Origin: Gonapodya sp. JEL0774
Lineage: Eukaryota
Length of the DNA stretch: 52,935 nt
Assembly: GCA_027604505.1 (NCBI GenBank)
Contig: JADIIX010000015.1
Coordinates: 186,001 to 238,935, forward strand
Direction: 5' to 3'
A program made the position numbers and the translations under genes. Below, piece after piece: positions 1-17,219 of the stretch. Below the pieces are notes generated by a model. The model had not been told where the DNA came from and did not search any database. It saw only the letters and a list, made by a program, of their open reading frames with translations. How positions within the stretch are numbered: the first letter of the stretch is position 1; the number at the start of each line of letters is the position of its first letter.

Positions 1-750
1 ACCGCATCTACCTCGGATGAGTCGCTATCTAATCCGTTTGCATCGCAGTCAGGATCCCCAAATCTTCCCAGAGCTAACTCGAACCCTTTTGCGTCAAATG
101 AATCAATCGGACCAAAATCCTCGCCAAAGATGTCACCGCCACCTACTCGTAATAACGGGCGAGCTCCTTTCGTGGATGATGGCAGTTCTACTCGTGTTCC
201 CCAGCCAAACGCCTCAGCGGCACCTCTTGGCCCCAGTGCTCGTCGACTTACCTCTAGCGGCTCCGTGAGTGCAGCAGTGTCGAAGTTTGACGCGCGTCCA
301 TCCTCCTCTTCAACCACAGACGGCAGGCTGAGGTCGTTCGGAGATAATGGGAGTGCAGGGGCAACGGAGCCGCCACTACGGGATGGTGGTCCAGGCACGT
401 CCGGTGGCCTACCGAGAAGCGGGAGCAACAGTGGTCTTGTCGTAAAGGGTTCCCACAGCTTGGAGGATAAGGAGACAGTCCCCGGATCCAGTGGAACAGG
501 AGCTCGTCCATCGGCCTCGACAGGGACACTGAGTGGTGGTCGAGTTGGACGCACGCAACCGTTCACGACATCAGTGAAACCAGCTGTGTCGTCAACGAAC
601 CCGTTTGTTCAGATCGCTCAGGTTACGCCAAAAATCGGTGATGTTGGTGGACAGAATGTCGCCGGAGGAAGTTCAGAGGGGGATGGAATTCGAACATTAC
701 GCTCAAATCCGTTTTTGATGATGGATGCGGCAGCCCGGGGCAAGAGATAG
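1..750 (+). CDS. 3' end of a Ser/Gly/Pro-rich low-complexity protein (5' part outside window)
   Basis: Open frame ending TAG at 748-750. It carries two NPF motifs (TNPFVQ, SNPFLM) typical of EH-domain ligands, but no folded domain is recognisable. Confidence 0.55.
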   Translation, partial: TASTSDESLSNPFASQSGSPNLPRANSNPFASNESIGPKSSPKMSPPPTRNNGRAPFVDDGSSTRVPQPNASAAPLGPSARRLTSSGSVSAAVSKFDARPSSSSTTDGRLRSFGDNGSAGATEPPLRDGGPGTSGGLPRSGSNSGLVVKGSHSLEDKETVPGSSGTGARPSASTGTLSGGRVGRTQPFTTSVKPAVSSTNPFVQIAQVTPKIGDVGGQNVAGGSSEGDGIRTLRSNPFLMMDAAARGKR

Positions 751-1443
751 CAACTATTGCCCAAATTGATATTGCAGTTCGTGTTGGTCTTCGAATTAAT
801 TGATTGAGTATATATCATACAACATCTGTATTAACCCTATTTATCTGCCGGTTGGAGTGCCTTGACCGGCCCAGTTCTTCAGCGGGAGTCTGATGAAAAG
901 GAGAGAACACAGCAAAATCGAATAGGAATTGTGTGTTTATGGAAAAGGCGAATGAGATTAAAGTCACAAAAAACTTCGCCGCTGTTGTGAGTCCTCGAGA
1001 CCCTGTTTGGAGCAAAATCTCGAAGGCATCTTGTCAAACCAAGGCAGAATCCCTGAAGAAATGAAATGGACATCTTGTTTCATAGATTCGTGCGACATAC
1101 CTACATTGCCATGTGGTCCATTCACCAAATTTGGAAGAAATGAGATTCTCCGAACATCCCGACGCAGCCCACAAGCAGTGTCCACAGACTCTTTCAATAG
1201 AATACAAAAATAAACAACATGCGCAACAGGTGTTTGAACGTTTCACTGAGCTGTGCGCGCTTCGTTATTTTGAGACAACAAATGAATTGATTGCTCCTGA
1301 ACTGTTCTGAAACTGCGGGGCTCCCGTCGGAACGGTTCCGTCCCGCTCCCCACAGCAAATACAGGTGAAGGGTTCCAGGCCGATTTTTCAGCCAAGATCT
1401 GTTCCCTTTATCTGACTGACTGAGGGTTACCGTCCATGTCTGC

Positions 1444-2319
1444 ATGTCTTCCCCGTTTAATCAAAAGAGCGACAGTCCCGTTCCCCTTGTTGGAAACACC
1501 TCCAGGAGCTCATCTTTACCCTCATATCCGATGGCAGCGGCAGTGGAGTTCCAACCACCATCTCAGCTACCTCCATTTACCGGCAGCTTTCCTCCCCTTT
1601 ACGCGACACCGGTCTCAATGGCAAATTGGAGTGCCGGTGCTTTCCCGCCACCTCCTACATGGGTGAGAACCTGAAATCTCCGATATGCATCCGAGAAAAA
1701 ATCGAATGCAATCAATCTCTTCCAGGTACCTCAATTTCCCATAAGCTCACAACCCCTGCGTGGATTCGAGGTAAGCAAAGCTAATTCGTGAATGCGATCA
1801 CCATCAATCAGACTCGAACTATTTCGAACGCAGCTATCACAACCTGCACCCCAAAACACAATCCACTATCCTATTGTGCTGCCACAACTTCCACAGCTTC
1901 CACAACTTTCGCAGTTTCCGCTGCGTCCGCAGCTTACAACTCCATCCCATTCACTTTCAACCGCTCCATCACTGCCAAAACTGACACAACCACCCCCGCC
2001 ACCCACGGTCCCTTCTTCCCCGGCACCACCACCACGAGTGGATGATAGAGTGAAGAATCACGTTGCATCTCTGATACGGCTTATGGATGAAAGTTTGGAA
2101 GGAGAAAGTGACGAGTTGAAATGGAAAGTTTTCTCATTTGGTATGCAGGTGTATGAGGAACTGGCTATATATTGCAAAGGGAAAACGCTAGAGATGAAAC
2201 TAAAGCAAAGGCGAGAGTCGGGAACACCCTCGTGGAGGAGCGAAACAGGCGAAAGGCCTGAACGGGACAAGGATGATGATGCTGGTGCCAGTCTCGACAG
2301 AAAGCGCAGACGGAGCTAG
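1444..2319 (+). CDS. Hypothetical Pro-rich protein, spliced
   Basis: ATG at 1444, GT donors at ~1663 (GTGAGA) and ~1771 (GTAAGC). Terminal exon ORF to TAG 2319 has a helical C-terminal segment and a basic end (RKRRRS). Confidence 0.5.
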
Positions 2320-2619
2320 AGTTGAGATCAGTTTTGTGACAATTGGCGAGTGTACATAGGTGAAGCGACGCGCTACGCATTAGAATTATTTCCATTGTAG
2401 CCAATGTATATGTTAACGTCTGGGCGAGCTGATAGCTGTAATCAAGATCGTTGTGGCAGTTTTGCAAGACAATAATCAGTGTTCAGACCAAGGGTTTCCA
2501 CTCTGGTAATGTAATCGGTGATGACGACTTAGTGAGTGTGTTGTGGAGCGGGGCTTTGGTCGTCACGCATATTCCCATCCCCCTTCCCAACTCCACCTTT
2601 CACAAGTTCCCGCACCGCA

Positions 2620-5600
2620 ATGAATCCTCCACTTTTAAAAGCGGTCGGCGCGGCGAACCCAACTCCTGTTCCTTCCCTGCCACTTCCACTCCCCGGAATG
2701 CAACTCGGGCTTCCTCCTCCGCCTGGATTCCCCCTTCCTCCAGGAATGCCAATTCCTTCCCTTCCTTCGGGCGCCAAGGTCCCATCACCATTTCCTCCGC
2801 TTCCCGGAAACTTTTCGGCACCTTCTTTCCCCTCATTTTCTGCAACTTCCACCGTTCCCTCGTTTCAACCTTCCCAAATGCAATCGCAATATAACCGAGC
2901 AATACCTCAATTGCAATCAAAAGATGCGATGACGGGAGGCATCATTGATCCAAGTGAGATGGTGCACTGTTTTGTGGTCGTTCAACTTGTTGGCGTCACC
3001 CTTCCTCTGTCCTATCCGGGAATCGATACACCACCTCTGCAGCTAAGAAGGTCCGGAAGGCGATACAGCGCCGCACCGTCGACTATAATCCACCAATAAT
3101 ACGCTATCTAGAACAGAGGTATTGGCAACGGTCATGGAGGGATCTGGACGTGGTGGAGCCTGATCCAAATTTCATTATTAATGTGCGTCGTTGATTCGGA
3201 TTCACACTAACTTGCTACAGCCAGCCACGGCGGATACTATATGATACGTTCATACCATTATGTGGCGCGCACCTACCCAAAGTTTGGCGCAATAACGCTG
3301 GGCTAAAAATCGTTCACCCGTTGATCCTCAAATCCCAGGTGCCCCCACCAACTGCCTTGCGTCACAATCCCGCTACTTCAGTGACATCCAAATTTGTGCA
3401 TACCAGCATAAACAAAAACCGGTGTCCTGTCAATGTTGTTCGATGGACGCCCGACGCTCGACGTGTGGTTACCGGAGCACATTCTGGGGAATTTACTCTT
3501 TGGAACGGCATGACATTCAATTTCGAGACGATTCAGCAGGCGCATGACTCAGCCGTGAGTAGTATGAGGTCGTGCCCTGATGATATTGCTGACTCATTTT
3601 CTCCACAATGAACAGATTCGTTGCATGACGTGGAGTCGTTCGGACCAGTTCCTCGTATCTGCCGACGATCACGGATACGTCAAGTACTGGCAGCAAAGCC
3701 TGTCTAATCTCAAAGTGTTTGTTGCTCACAAGGAGTGTGTGAGAGACTTGAGGTGGGTCACCGTTTTGATTGTTCGTTCGACAAGAACCAAGTCTTGACT
3801 TCTTTGCCATGCAAAGCTTCGCCCCAACCGACTCCAAATTTGTTACTGCGTCGGATGATGGCACGCTGAAACTCTGGGACTTTGCAACGGCCACCGAGGA
3901 ACGGTCTCTGACAGGGCATGGATGGGACGTGAAGTGTGCTGATTGGCACCCGTATCGTGGACTTATTGTCAGTGGCTCGAAAGATAATCTTGTGAAGATG
4001 TGGGATCCACGGACCGGGAAGGCTCTCTCCACTCTGTGAGTTCCTCTTTCTACCCCGTAACACTGCCTTGCGTTTGACGTGCGAGAACTACAAACATTCA
4101 GACACGGTCATAAGAACACTATCGGGCAAGTAAAGTGGAACCGTAACGGCTTGTGGCTTGTTACAGCCTCCCGGGACGGTTTGCTACGACTCTTTGATGT
4201 AAGGACAATGCGAGAGGTGCAAAGCTTCAAGGGCCACAAGAAGGAAGCCAATTGTATGTACACATACAAAATCAAAAAATATTTTACATCCTTGGGTAAT
4301 CTAATGTTGTTCACGATTTTCGTTTGAAGCGGTGGCTTGGCATCCAGTACATGAGACACTGTTCACCAGTGGTGGTGCAAATGGGGAGATGATGTTTTGG
4401 CAAGTGGGGTGAGTTATAACGAATCATTCGACGTTGCTCCGCAAGTCCGCTTAGAACAATTTGGTTTCAATGCAGTGCCGATATACCTGAAGGCACCGTG
4501 GAGTATGCCCACGAGTCCAATATCTGGTCTGTTGACTATCACCCCCTTGGTCATTTGCTTACGACTGCATCCAACGACCATACGACACGGTTTTGGACTC
4601 GAAATCGACCAGGAGAGACTCTTCACGACCGTTACAGTGTTGGTCGTGATGACTGGAAGAGGCTCAGGGATGGGTTGCAACAGGTTGCCCTCTACATGGC
4701 GGGTGGAGGAGAAGAGGGAGAAGTCGGTAAAGCAGTAGCAGCGATGATGGGGGGCGCGGGAATGTCCGGAATGGCAATGGGAGGATTGGGTGATGGTGGT
4801 GACGACGATGGTGAGCACTGTTGCGCTTCCATTTTTCAGCGTGTCGTTAACCCCATCCACTTCTTTTGTTTCAGACGATGACGCTCTTCCCGGTCTTCCT
4901 GGTCTTGGCCTTCCCATGGCAGATTCGTCCATACCAGGAATGGGCGGTTCCTCGACTTTCCGGCCCACTGACCCTCGTGCTAGAGACAGTCGGGACCCTC
5001 GCAATGGACGTGGTGGTAGTCTATCTTCTCGTGGTGGTGCTGTGGGTGCACCCCGAACTCAGCGCCGCGGGCGGAGCAGGTCACGAAGTCGCAGCAGGTC
5101 GCCAAAGCGGTACAGCTCTTCGAGTCGCTCCCGAAGTAGGAGTCCGAGCCCCCGGAGAGACTCATATCGCAGTTCAATGGAGGGAGGGAGGGATCGTCAG
5201 GGCACAAGAGACAGAGACAGCTACCGAGGGAAGGAGGATAGAGGTGCGGGCCGAGGTGGGATATCTCGAGGTGGTGGACCTGGCCCAGGCCGCACTTCGC
5301 TACCGTCTTCTGTATCTTCTGGAACAGGAGCGTCAACAGGCTCCATTGGTAGCGGTACTGGCGTAAAAGTGGGACGACGGTGGGACCCCGCGTTGAAGAA
5401 GTTTGTGGACGTGATAGATGAAGGGCCGAAGCAGCCAAGCGCGCAGCCTCCTTCGTACACATCAACCACGTCTACTTCCTCGCAAGATCCGCGCAAGAGC
5501 CGGTGGGCCCCTACTTCTGGGCAACCTTCCCAAGGGGACCCCAGATGGACAGGTCGGCCACCGGCTGCACCTCCCCCCCTGTCCGCCACTCCTGTTGCAC

Positions 5601-5713
5601 CACCGGGGCAAGCGCCGCCGCCTTTTGGCTTTCCTGGCGTTGCGTTAACTCCTCAGACACTACAACAACTAATGATTCTTCAACAGCAGATGCAGCAACA
5701 ACAACAGCAGTAG
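2620..5713 (+). CDS. PFS2: Polyadenylation factor subunit 2 / WDR33 WD40-repeat protein, multi-exon
   Basis: Spliced peptides [80 protein letters not shown] and [25 protein letters not shown] match the Pfs2/WDR33 family. RS/G/P/Q-rich tail runs to TAG 5713. Confidence 0.93.
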
Positions 5714-5895
5714 TCAGGACGTTTTTGGTCCGACGGGTACCACAAAAATTCATGTACAGCAAGCTCCTCACGAGAGCCATGAATGTAAATGTGACTCGGA
5801 GTCGAGCTATATATGTCCAAGATATCTCGAAATATACCAGCGAAAAATACCACCTTCAATGCAACCTCCATACTCTATCAAGAACAGACACCCAA

Positions 5896-7994
5896 TTAAT
5901 ACATTCCAACCCACTTCAGCACCATCCCTACTGCAAGTGCCATGACCAGTCCAACAGGCCAACCCCAATACCACCATGCAGCCACCACAGCCAAAACCCC
6001 AAACAGGTATAGCAGCGAATACTTGAAGACCCGTCTCACGATCGCGACCGCGCCACCTAAAACTACAGATCTTGGGGCAGGACGGTGCCGCGGTTGCCGA
6101 CCCCGAGGCACTCGGGATTGGGAAGAGTTGGACTTGCTTGGCATGAGAGGTTCAGTAACTGAGTCCTCCCCACCATTCTGTGGGGCTCCTCCCATGCTCA
6201 TCCCTCTTCTTCCCTCCTCTAATACCAACTTCGCCAGGTCCACCTCAAACCATGCCGAGACTGGTTTATGGTCCGACAGAGCAACTTGGGGCGCGGATGT
6301 GTAGAGGAGGATGCTCGCGGCGGATGATGCGATGGTGGGGTGGGCGCGCCACAAAATGCGATCAGTGAAGGCCGGGACACGCTTGGGGTTGTAGACGGAA
6401 AGTAGGGGGTGAACGGGGGTGGTGTGGTGCGTCGTTGAAGCGGAAGCTGTTTTCTGCACAGAGGTCTCGGCACGGGGTTTGTTTCCAGCGTCATGCTTGG
6501 TGTAGTCATTGGTAGTCCCAGCAACAAGCCTCGTCGTGTCTGTTTGATCATCTCCCGTGTCATCGTCGTCGCTCTCGTCCTTGCTCTCGTCCTTGCTACT
6601 TTTACCCACAACCTTGAACCGATATGTTGGAGCAAACCCCACCGCCCCTTCCTCCCAACCCTCCAGTGCCCCACCCTTTCTCCTCTCTGCCACCAACTCA
6701 TCGTACGTTTCGACTAACTCGGCGATTTTACCGGCCGAAACTTGCGAAATTACGTGTTGTGTTTGTTGCGATTTGGAGTCGCCGGGGAGAGATGAAAGAC
6801 GGTAATTGAGATCGCCGAGGAGGAAAACGAGGTCATGAAGTGACGGGTGGGATGGGGATGAGGTAGAAATCGTGGTGAAGGGGCGGGATGTTGTTTCGAT
6901 TGCGTGCAACGAGTGCTGCGAACCGTGAGAGGGGTCGTCCTCAGCCTGCGTGTCTCGGGCACTCCACGATTCGAGTGGAGATGTCGTGCTCGCTGGTGCG
7001 CTCGCCCAGGCACTTATTGCGTGCCATGCTTGTCGAAGGATTGCGGTGCCCTTTGGGGTACCGCTCCTCACCAATGTCCCGTCAGTGTCGGCATCGTCTT
7101 CACCTCCATCTCCAGTCTCTGGCCACAGCATCATACTTTTCCCCACAAAGATTACTTCTTCATTGCGCCATTTTCGGTTCCGAGCCCCGCTCAGGGCGTT
7201 GAGGTGGGCGGTGATGAAGCAGAGCGTCGCCGTGTCACCCGGGGTATCGGGGAGCAAGTCGTAGGAGACAACGACGGATACAGCACCCTGATTGGAGGGT
7301 CCGTGGAGGAAGTGGATGGGTACGTTCATCGCGGAGGGGATGTGTTGTGAGGGTGAATCCAGATTACAATGTCGCGCAAGAGGAGATTTCCAAGAATTTG
7401 AGCGGTAGCTTTTCTGCTCACCTTGTTTGCAAGTACACCTCCGAGACCTGACGTGACGGCTCCACTGGCTACTATGATGGGGACCGGAACACCTTGTGCA
7501 GCATTCCGCCTCCTCAACACAACAAGCCCGATACTAGCGGACCTCTTGGCGAACATAGGGATATATGCTGCACCCTGTGGTTTATGAGAAATATCAGGAT
7601 AGAGTTGGTCGAGGGCAGTGACAATGCTGGGCAACCAGACGAGTCGCAGAAGGGGGTCCAGATTGGGCCACTTAGTCCATGGCTCGGAAACAAGTGTAAC
7701 AGACGAAAGAGGTGCTTTCACTGGGGCACCACCCCACCCTGATGGGGTCATGGACTTCACTGGGTGAAGCAGCTCCTGGAACGCGAGCACGACAAGATCC
7801 GGTGCATGGATTGCCGACGCCCATCTTCCACGCGACAGTTGAGGGAACGGAGGTGGAAATGCAGTCGCGGCATTGTCGAGCCAGGGCTTGAGTTGCTCGG
7901 GGGAGGGAACCACAGAAGCGCCGAAACGGGCGACATTGAAAGTACCAGTGAGGAGAGTGATTGGCGTCGGCGGTAGGTCCGAGGCAGACGCCAT
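5896..7994 (-). CDS. Inositol polyphosphate 5-phosphatase with C-terminal hydrophobic anchor (Inp54-like), 2 exons
   Basis: Motifs TFNV, FQE, NK|GAV (joined across intron 7288-7421), AHL, GDLNYR, PTYRF, PAFTDRILW and SDHKPV. The last ~50 aa are hydrophobic. Confidence 0.88.
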
Positions 7995-9677
7995 GGCCGT
8001 AGAATAAATCGAAGCTGGATTTTTCGGTGATCGTGTGGGTAGGGAAAGGGGTATGTCTGTATAAATGTCTTTATAGATGTGGTTGGTCACTCTTGTGTGA
8101 TGAAGCGATGACATCAGTCTCAGACATTTTTTCAACCCAAAACCACCGGATTCTCATCTGATTCCATCGCACGCACTTCGTTTACCACCGAATTCTCCTT
8201 GATTCCCGCTCTCACTGAACTTGCGTAAACTGCGGGGATGACGACGCTGATTGCTACCTTGGCTCCTTCACCTCATCGAAATTTAAAACCCTCTTTGTAG
8301 CCCCTTGCATTTTCATGTGACATCCAATTTCGTCCAGAGCGAGACCTTGTTTTCGCAAACTGGGAGAGACGGGGGGGTGAGCTTTCACTCTGGGTTGACT
8401 GGCGTACACCATGCCGCATGTACCCCTTTGCGAGCCAGTATACCGGTATCATCTTAAAGAGCATGGACTTTGGTTCTGAAGTGAGGACCTGACAACATCA
8501 CCGTGGGGATACCGTGAACCTGTGCGTGAGAACAAGGAGGCAGGAGGGCATCCAAGTTGCGCGGACACAGAGGTAGCAGTGTTAGGACGTGCCCATGAGC
8601 TTGTTTGACAGCTACACATGTACAAGAGGAACCACAGGTCTTGGGGCCTACAGGTACATATAAGCATCCATGAAGCCTCGACATGTGCACCAAATTCGAG
8701 GGAATCGTGCGTGCGCTCCGTTCACCGCAAGCGACCTTGGGGAATGACTAATGCAGAACAGGTTGTACCGGCTTCACTCCCACAGTTCGGAAAGAGAGCC
8801 CCCATGGGTAAGTGCCTCCTCATCGAGACCACGGCGGGAACCGTTCTTACCCCGCACACAACAGTATTCCAAGAACATTTCAGTGTTCGGTGTATTTATA
8901 TGCACACATGTGGGGTTTACGCTGAACCGTTCTTGGAGGTCAACGCAAATATGGAGAGAGCTTAGTGGGACATGAGTCAGACATCTGAACAGTAAAAAGT
9001 CGGAGCGTGACTGCTCCGTTCTCACATGCAAAACACACGCAGTCCACATCCCGCTGAACCAACACTCGATTGCACCATAGGTTTCCTGATTATCCATAAA
9101 CTGCTCGTTCCCGACCCAGACTGGAAATGGTTCAAACGAATGATCGAGCAACCTTTCGAATATATTATTAGACGTCTGAACGCACTTTGTGTCAATACCG
9201 TGCTTTGCGTTCCCTTCTCCTTCATTCAGAATTATTTTTTTTATTTACATAAAATCTGCTTCGACAAAATGTGCTTGGACGAGAACAGAAGGTGGTTTCG
9301 AGGAGGGGCGGCAAAGACCCATAGGCGTCTCACACCAGTCCACTGACCATGCCTAGACGAGCTTCCCATCGACGAGACGCCACATACGCACACTGGTTTG
9401 TGAGGTTTCACGAACCGCACAACCACCGGAAGCGCGCACGGGGAAGGAAGGGAAAGGGAGGGCAGATGCCAGCTATAGCCGCACACCCACATCACACGCC
9501 AAACGGACGCACACGGCTTACGCGCTTCGCACTGCCCGCTCCACAAAATAAACCCGCCACCCGCCACGAAAAAAAAACAAAACCACCATGTGTCCCTCCT
9601 TTGGAACTCCCAATTTCCGGACGATCCAGGACCCCCGACACCATCGGTCCCGCATCCCCGCCTTGTCATCCTCCTCC

Positions 9678-10118
9678 TCATAGTGCCGTACCACGTTCGA
9701 AATTGGCCTGGATTGAGGATACCAAAACAATTCAATCACGCAAGAAATAAAACAGATCAAACGATCAAACACTTCTCGCCACAAATCAAAATCAACCAAA
9801 CAACTCCCTCATCCCCTCGCTCCTCCTCCCTCCACAGTCCCACCCCCTTGAAGCCCCCCTCATCCCCCCCCCCGACACACACACAACAAACCCACCTTGA
9901 TCTCCCCCGTATACTTGTCGTACGCCCTGGCCACCTTCTTGTTGAACTTTGCGTTGCGCTCGTTGATGTAGGTGACGTCGTCCGACTCGAGGTGGGCTCG
10001 GCGGCGGGAGAACTTCGACCGGCGGAATTGGCTGGAGGGGGGTGCGAGAGGGGGGGGGGGGGNNNNNNNNNNGCTCGGCGCTGGGGGTGGGGGGGGGGTT
10101 TAACTTTGCGGGGGGTTT

Positions 10119-10157
<39 letters not shown>

Positions 10158-12206
10158 AGAGTGTGGGGTGGTGAACACCCAGTCCTCGGCCGACCAAACC
10201 AACACCACCACAACACCACCCGTGCCCGCGCCGCGTGCAATCCCACATCACAGCACCGCCCCCCCTCCCCCCCGCCCTTGATTCCCCTTTCCACCACTCC
10301 AAACCACCTGACCAGGTCACCCCTCCTTCCTCCTCCCTTCACCCCCCTGTCCCCCCCAATCTGCCCCCCTACTCACGCCTCCTCCACCCCCTTGACCATC
10401 CTCTCGACCCCCTCCGCGTCGGGCCGATCCCCGCCCGTATCTCCACTTGTCCCGAACGCCGTCGAGTCCACGTCGCGGTAAAAAGCGGCGCCGGCCTGGT
10501 CGCGCTGGGCCGTGTAGGTGGCAAGGTCAGGTTGCAGGTGGGAGACCAGACGGCGGTAGGATTTGGAGGCGGCGGAGGCGTAGCCTGGGGCGGGGGGGGG
10601 TTGCGATGAACGCGGGGCGTGTGAGGTGAGCAGCCAGCCGTGGGTATGGGTGATGGCCATGCGAGGGGGATCTCGCCACGATGGGGTCCTTCAGATGCAC
10701 CGGCCGGGTGCACTCCGAGTTTGATGTGTGCCGGGGGGGGCCACAGAGCAGGGTTGGGCGGTCGAGGTCCTCCCATGGCATGGCCCTCCACCACCGTCCC
10801 ACCCTCCCGCACCACCACCACCACCACCCCATTCCCCTTCCCCTCCTTCCCCTTCCCTCCACCCACACCGTCGCCCCCTTCCCCCCCTCTAACTCACTCT
10901 CGAACGCCTTATCCTCCCCCTTCTTCTTCTTCTTGACCTTTCTCTCCCACCGCTCCACATCTTCCGCGGAGTAGGTCAGGTCTTTGAGCCGTTGGGGGTC
11001 ACGGTGGGACAGTTCAGCGGACTTTGGGGGGGTGCGGAGGGCATGGGCGTGGGCGAGGGGTGATGGTAAGGGGAAGGTGGGGCAAGGGGAAGGGAGGTAG
11101 GAGGTGGCGGCCAAGGGTGGAAAGGTTGGTAGAGGGGTACACAGTTTGTGACGCAGTTATGTGCGTTCCCATGAGCTCGCTCGCTGTTGTGTCCTCCACT
11201 TTTCACACCTCCCCTCCCCTTGGTAGAGGGTGTACACATTTATGTGCGTGCCCACGATCTCCCTCACTGTTGTGTCCTCCAATTTTCACCCCCCCCCCCC
11301 CCCCCCCTAAACCCCCCAATGCGGTCCCCATCTTACCTTCTCCCTCTCGAGCTCCTCGGCCAACTTCCTCTTCTTCTCCCTCCTGGCCTCTTCCCTGGGA
11401 TCTTGCTTGGCCGCGGCGTGCTCGGCGTGCACGGCGCGGCGGTTGGCGGAGTGGGTGGCGGGCTGGGACCGGGGTGGGGGTGTGGGGTGTGGGGATCGGG
11501 GGAGAGCGGGAAGAGGAGAAGAAGAGGCATCAAGGAATGGTGAGGCGATTTACAGACGACACCAAAGGTACACCACGGGGCACCGCACAAGCAGCAAAAC
11601 CACCACATGCGGAAAGCGAAAAACAAACAGACGGGCCCCCGCCCGAGCCGAGCGCAACCAGCAATCTCCTCCTCCTGCAACTCGGTCCGTGAACCAGACA
11701 CCACGGGCACAGCACCACCAGCAAACCACCAACCACACGCGGAGAGCGAAAAAAACAGACGGACCCCCGCCCCGCCCGAGCGCAACCAACAAATATCCTC
11801 CTCCACCTCGACCGCGAACCAGACACCACGAATCACACCAACAACACCAACACACAAAGCAACGTACAATTTTGGCCTTGAGAGCAGCGAGCCTTGCGAG
11901 TCGTTCCTTCATGGCCGGGTCCAGGTGGATGTCGTCGTCGTCGTCGTCTTGAGAGTCGTCGCCCGAGTCGCCCGAGTCGCCCGAGTCGCCCGAGTCGTCC
12001 GAGTCGTCCGAATTGGAAGGGGTGTCGTCTCGGTCTCCGTCTCCGTTTGCCGATGTAGATGCCGATGCCGATGCAGATGCGGTGGGGTCTGAAACGGAGG
12101 ACGAGGGGGCCAGGTGGTGGTGGCCGTCGTGGTTGCTGCCAGGGTCGGCATTTGGTGTGGAGTCTGGATCAGATGGGTTGGTTTTTGAAGAGCGGCGTGG
12201 GGGCAT
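9678..12206 (-). CDS. SYF2: Pre-mRNA splicing factor SYF2, multi-exon (assembly gap in an intron)
   Basis: C-terminal signature [49 protein letters not shown] and internal [17 protein letters not shown] at 12206. Confidence 0.92.
11571..11830. repeat. Imperfect ~128-bp tandem duplication inside a SYF2 intron
   Basis: CACCACGGG...GCGGA(A/G)AGCGAAAAA..CAGACGG.CCCC.GCCC...CCGAGCGCAACCA.CAA..TCCTCCTCC...CCG.GAACCAGA occurs twice, followed by the start of a third copy. Confidence 0.8.
11953..12011. repeat. 9-bp coding microsatellite (CCGAGTCG[C/T])n encoding D(D/S)G/DS repeats in the SYF2 N-terminus
   Basis: About 6 copies of the 9-mer; the minus strand reads [20 protein letters not shown]. Confidence 0.85.
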
Positions 12207-13048
12207 TGGAGAAAGCAGGAAAGGGGGAAGAGCGGGGAAGAGCGGGGAAGAGGCGGGGATGGGATGGGGGGATTGGATTCGCGGCTGGGAATCAATCGCA
12301 GTCACACACAGGCTACTTCCCAACCAACCGAGCCTCGGTCTGTGGTGAGACCGCAGTCGAGTGCACGCTCCATCCATATTCAGTCTGCGTTCGAGTTTTC
12401 CCATTTCCGCTCCTCCCCACTTGCGAGTGGGCGGATGAATAATTAATTCACTGGTGACTAATTCTATGCTCTTCAGAAAATCAGAATCAGTGGATATAGG
12501 ATATGGATGTGTCTGTGGATGTGTCTGTGTATGCGCCTGTGCATGTAATTTTAATTCACGCCAGGAAGGAGGACTTGGACGTAGTAGTGAAGGAAGCCAA
12601 GGATTGGTTTGGAACTTGCCAGGTGGGTTATATTATTGTGGCGGCCATGGAGTGGATATGGGCACAACAACTACATAAAGTGAATAGTGAGCACATCAGT
12701 CGCCACCTTTTGAGCCACGGACCCGTTGGCACTGGATTGAAGCATTCAACACAGGTGAGAATGGGGGCATCAAATTCAATTGGGGTGAAGTCGTCCAGTG
12801 GTCCCAATCGCAGTGTTCCCATGCTCATGCTCGGTCTGGCAAATCCCACGTCGCCATTCGCTTGATTCTGTCAATCAGACCAGTCACATTCATTCGCACT
12901 CAACTGCTCCAATCGCATTTGCCTTCTTCCCTCATTCATTCCCACTCTGCTCTGCATTCCACATTCCTTCCCCTCTCCCTCCCTCTCCCTCCTCTCCTCC
13001 CTCCCCCCCCTCTCCAGCCATTCTCCTGCCATTCTCCAAACCCTCCCA

Positions 13049-16698
<3,650 letters not shown>

Positions 16699-17219
16699 AG
16701 AGAGACAGACGGACATGGTGGGCAATCTAGAGAGTGTGTGTAGACGTGGCGGCTCACGGCGTGGTGGTGGTGCAGGGTCGTGTTCTTCGGGGCATACACA
16801 AGGGGGGGAGGTGGTGGTGACCCGGAGTGGGGGGGGGGAGTTTGTGGAGAGTTCGACCAAGAGCGACAGAATCTCCTCTTTTACAGGCCGTGTTCGATCC
16901 CCCTTGATGGGGTATCGTTCCTTGTAGAGTCAACTTGTGTGGTACCGTGTTGATGTATGAAGTGTAATATACCCGTTCCCTTTCTTACTCGCTGTCGAGT
17001 CTTTCTCAACGATGTACTGCTCTGATAGAGGTGCAGCTCAGGGCAGATTGTCATGCTGGTCAGTTCGAAATTTGTTTGTTCGGGCGATCGATCAAAGTCC
17101 GCAATTCTAGCAAACTAGGGGCTGCGAAAAGGGAACGACGCGATTCAAATAATTTATTTGAAAAGAACATATCTTGCGAAGACGGAGAAGGAAGATCTGG
17201 AAAAGCCGGCGTTGACGTC

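Noticed and set aside
832..839. TAACCCTA, resembling a telomerase RNA template
   Set aside because: An 8-mer is expected by chance in 53 kb, and no pseudoknot or other telomerase RNA element was seen.
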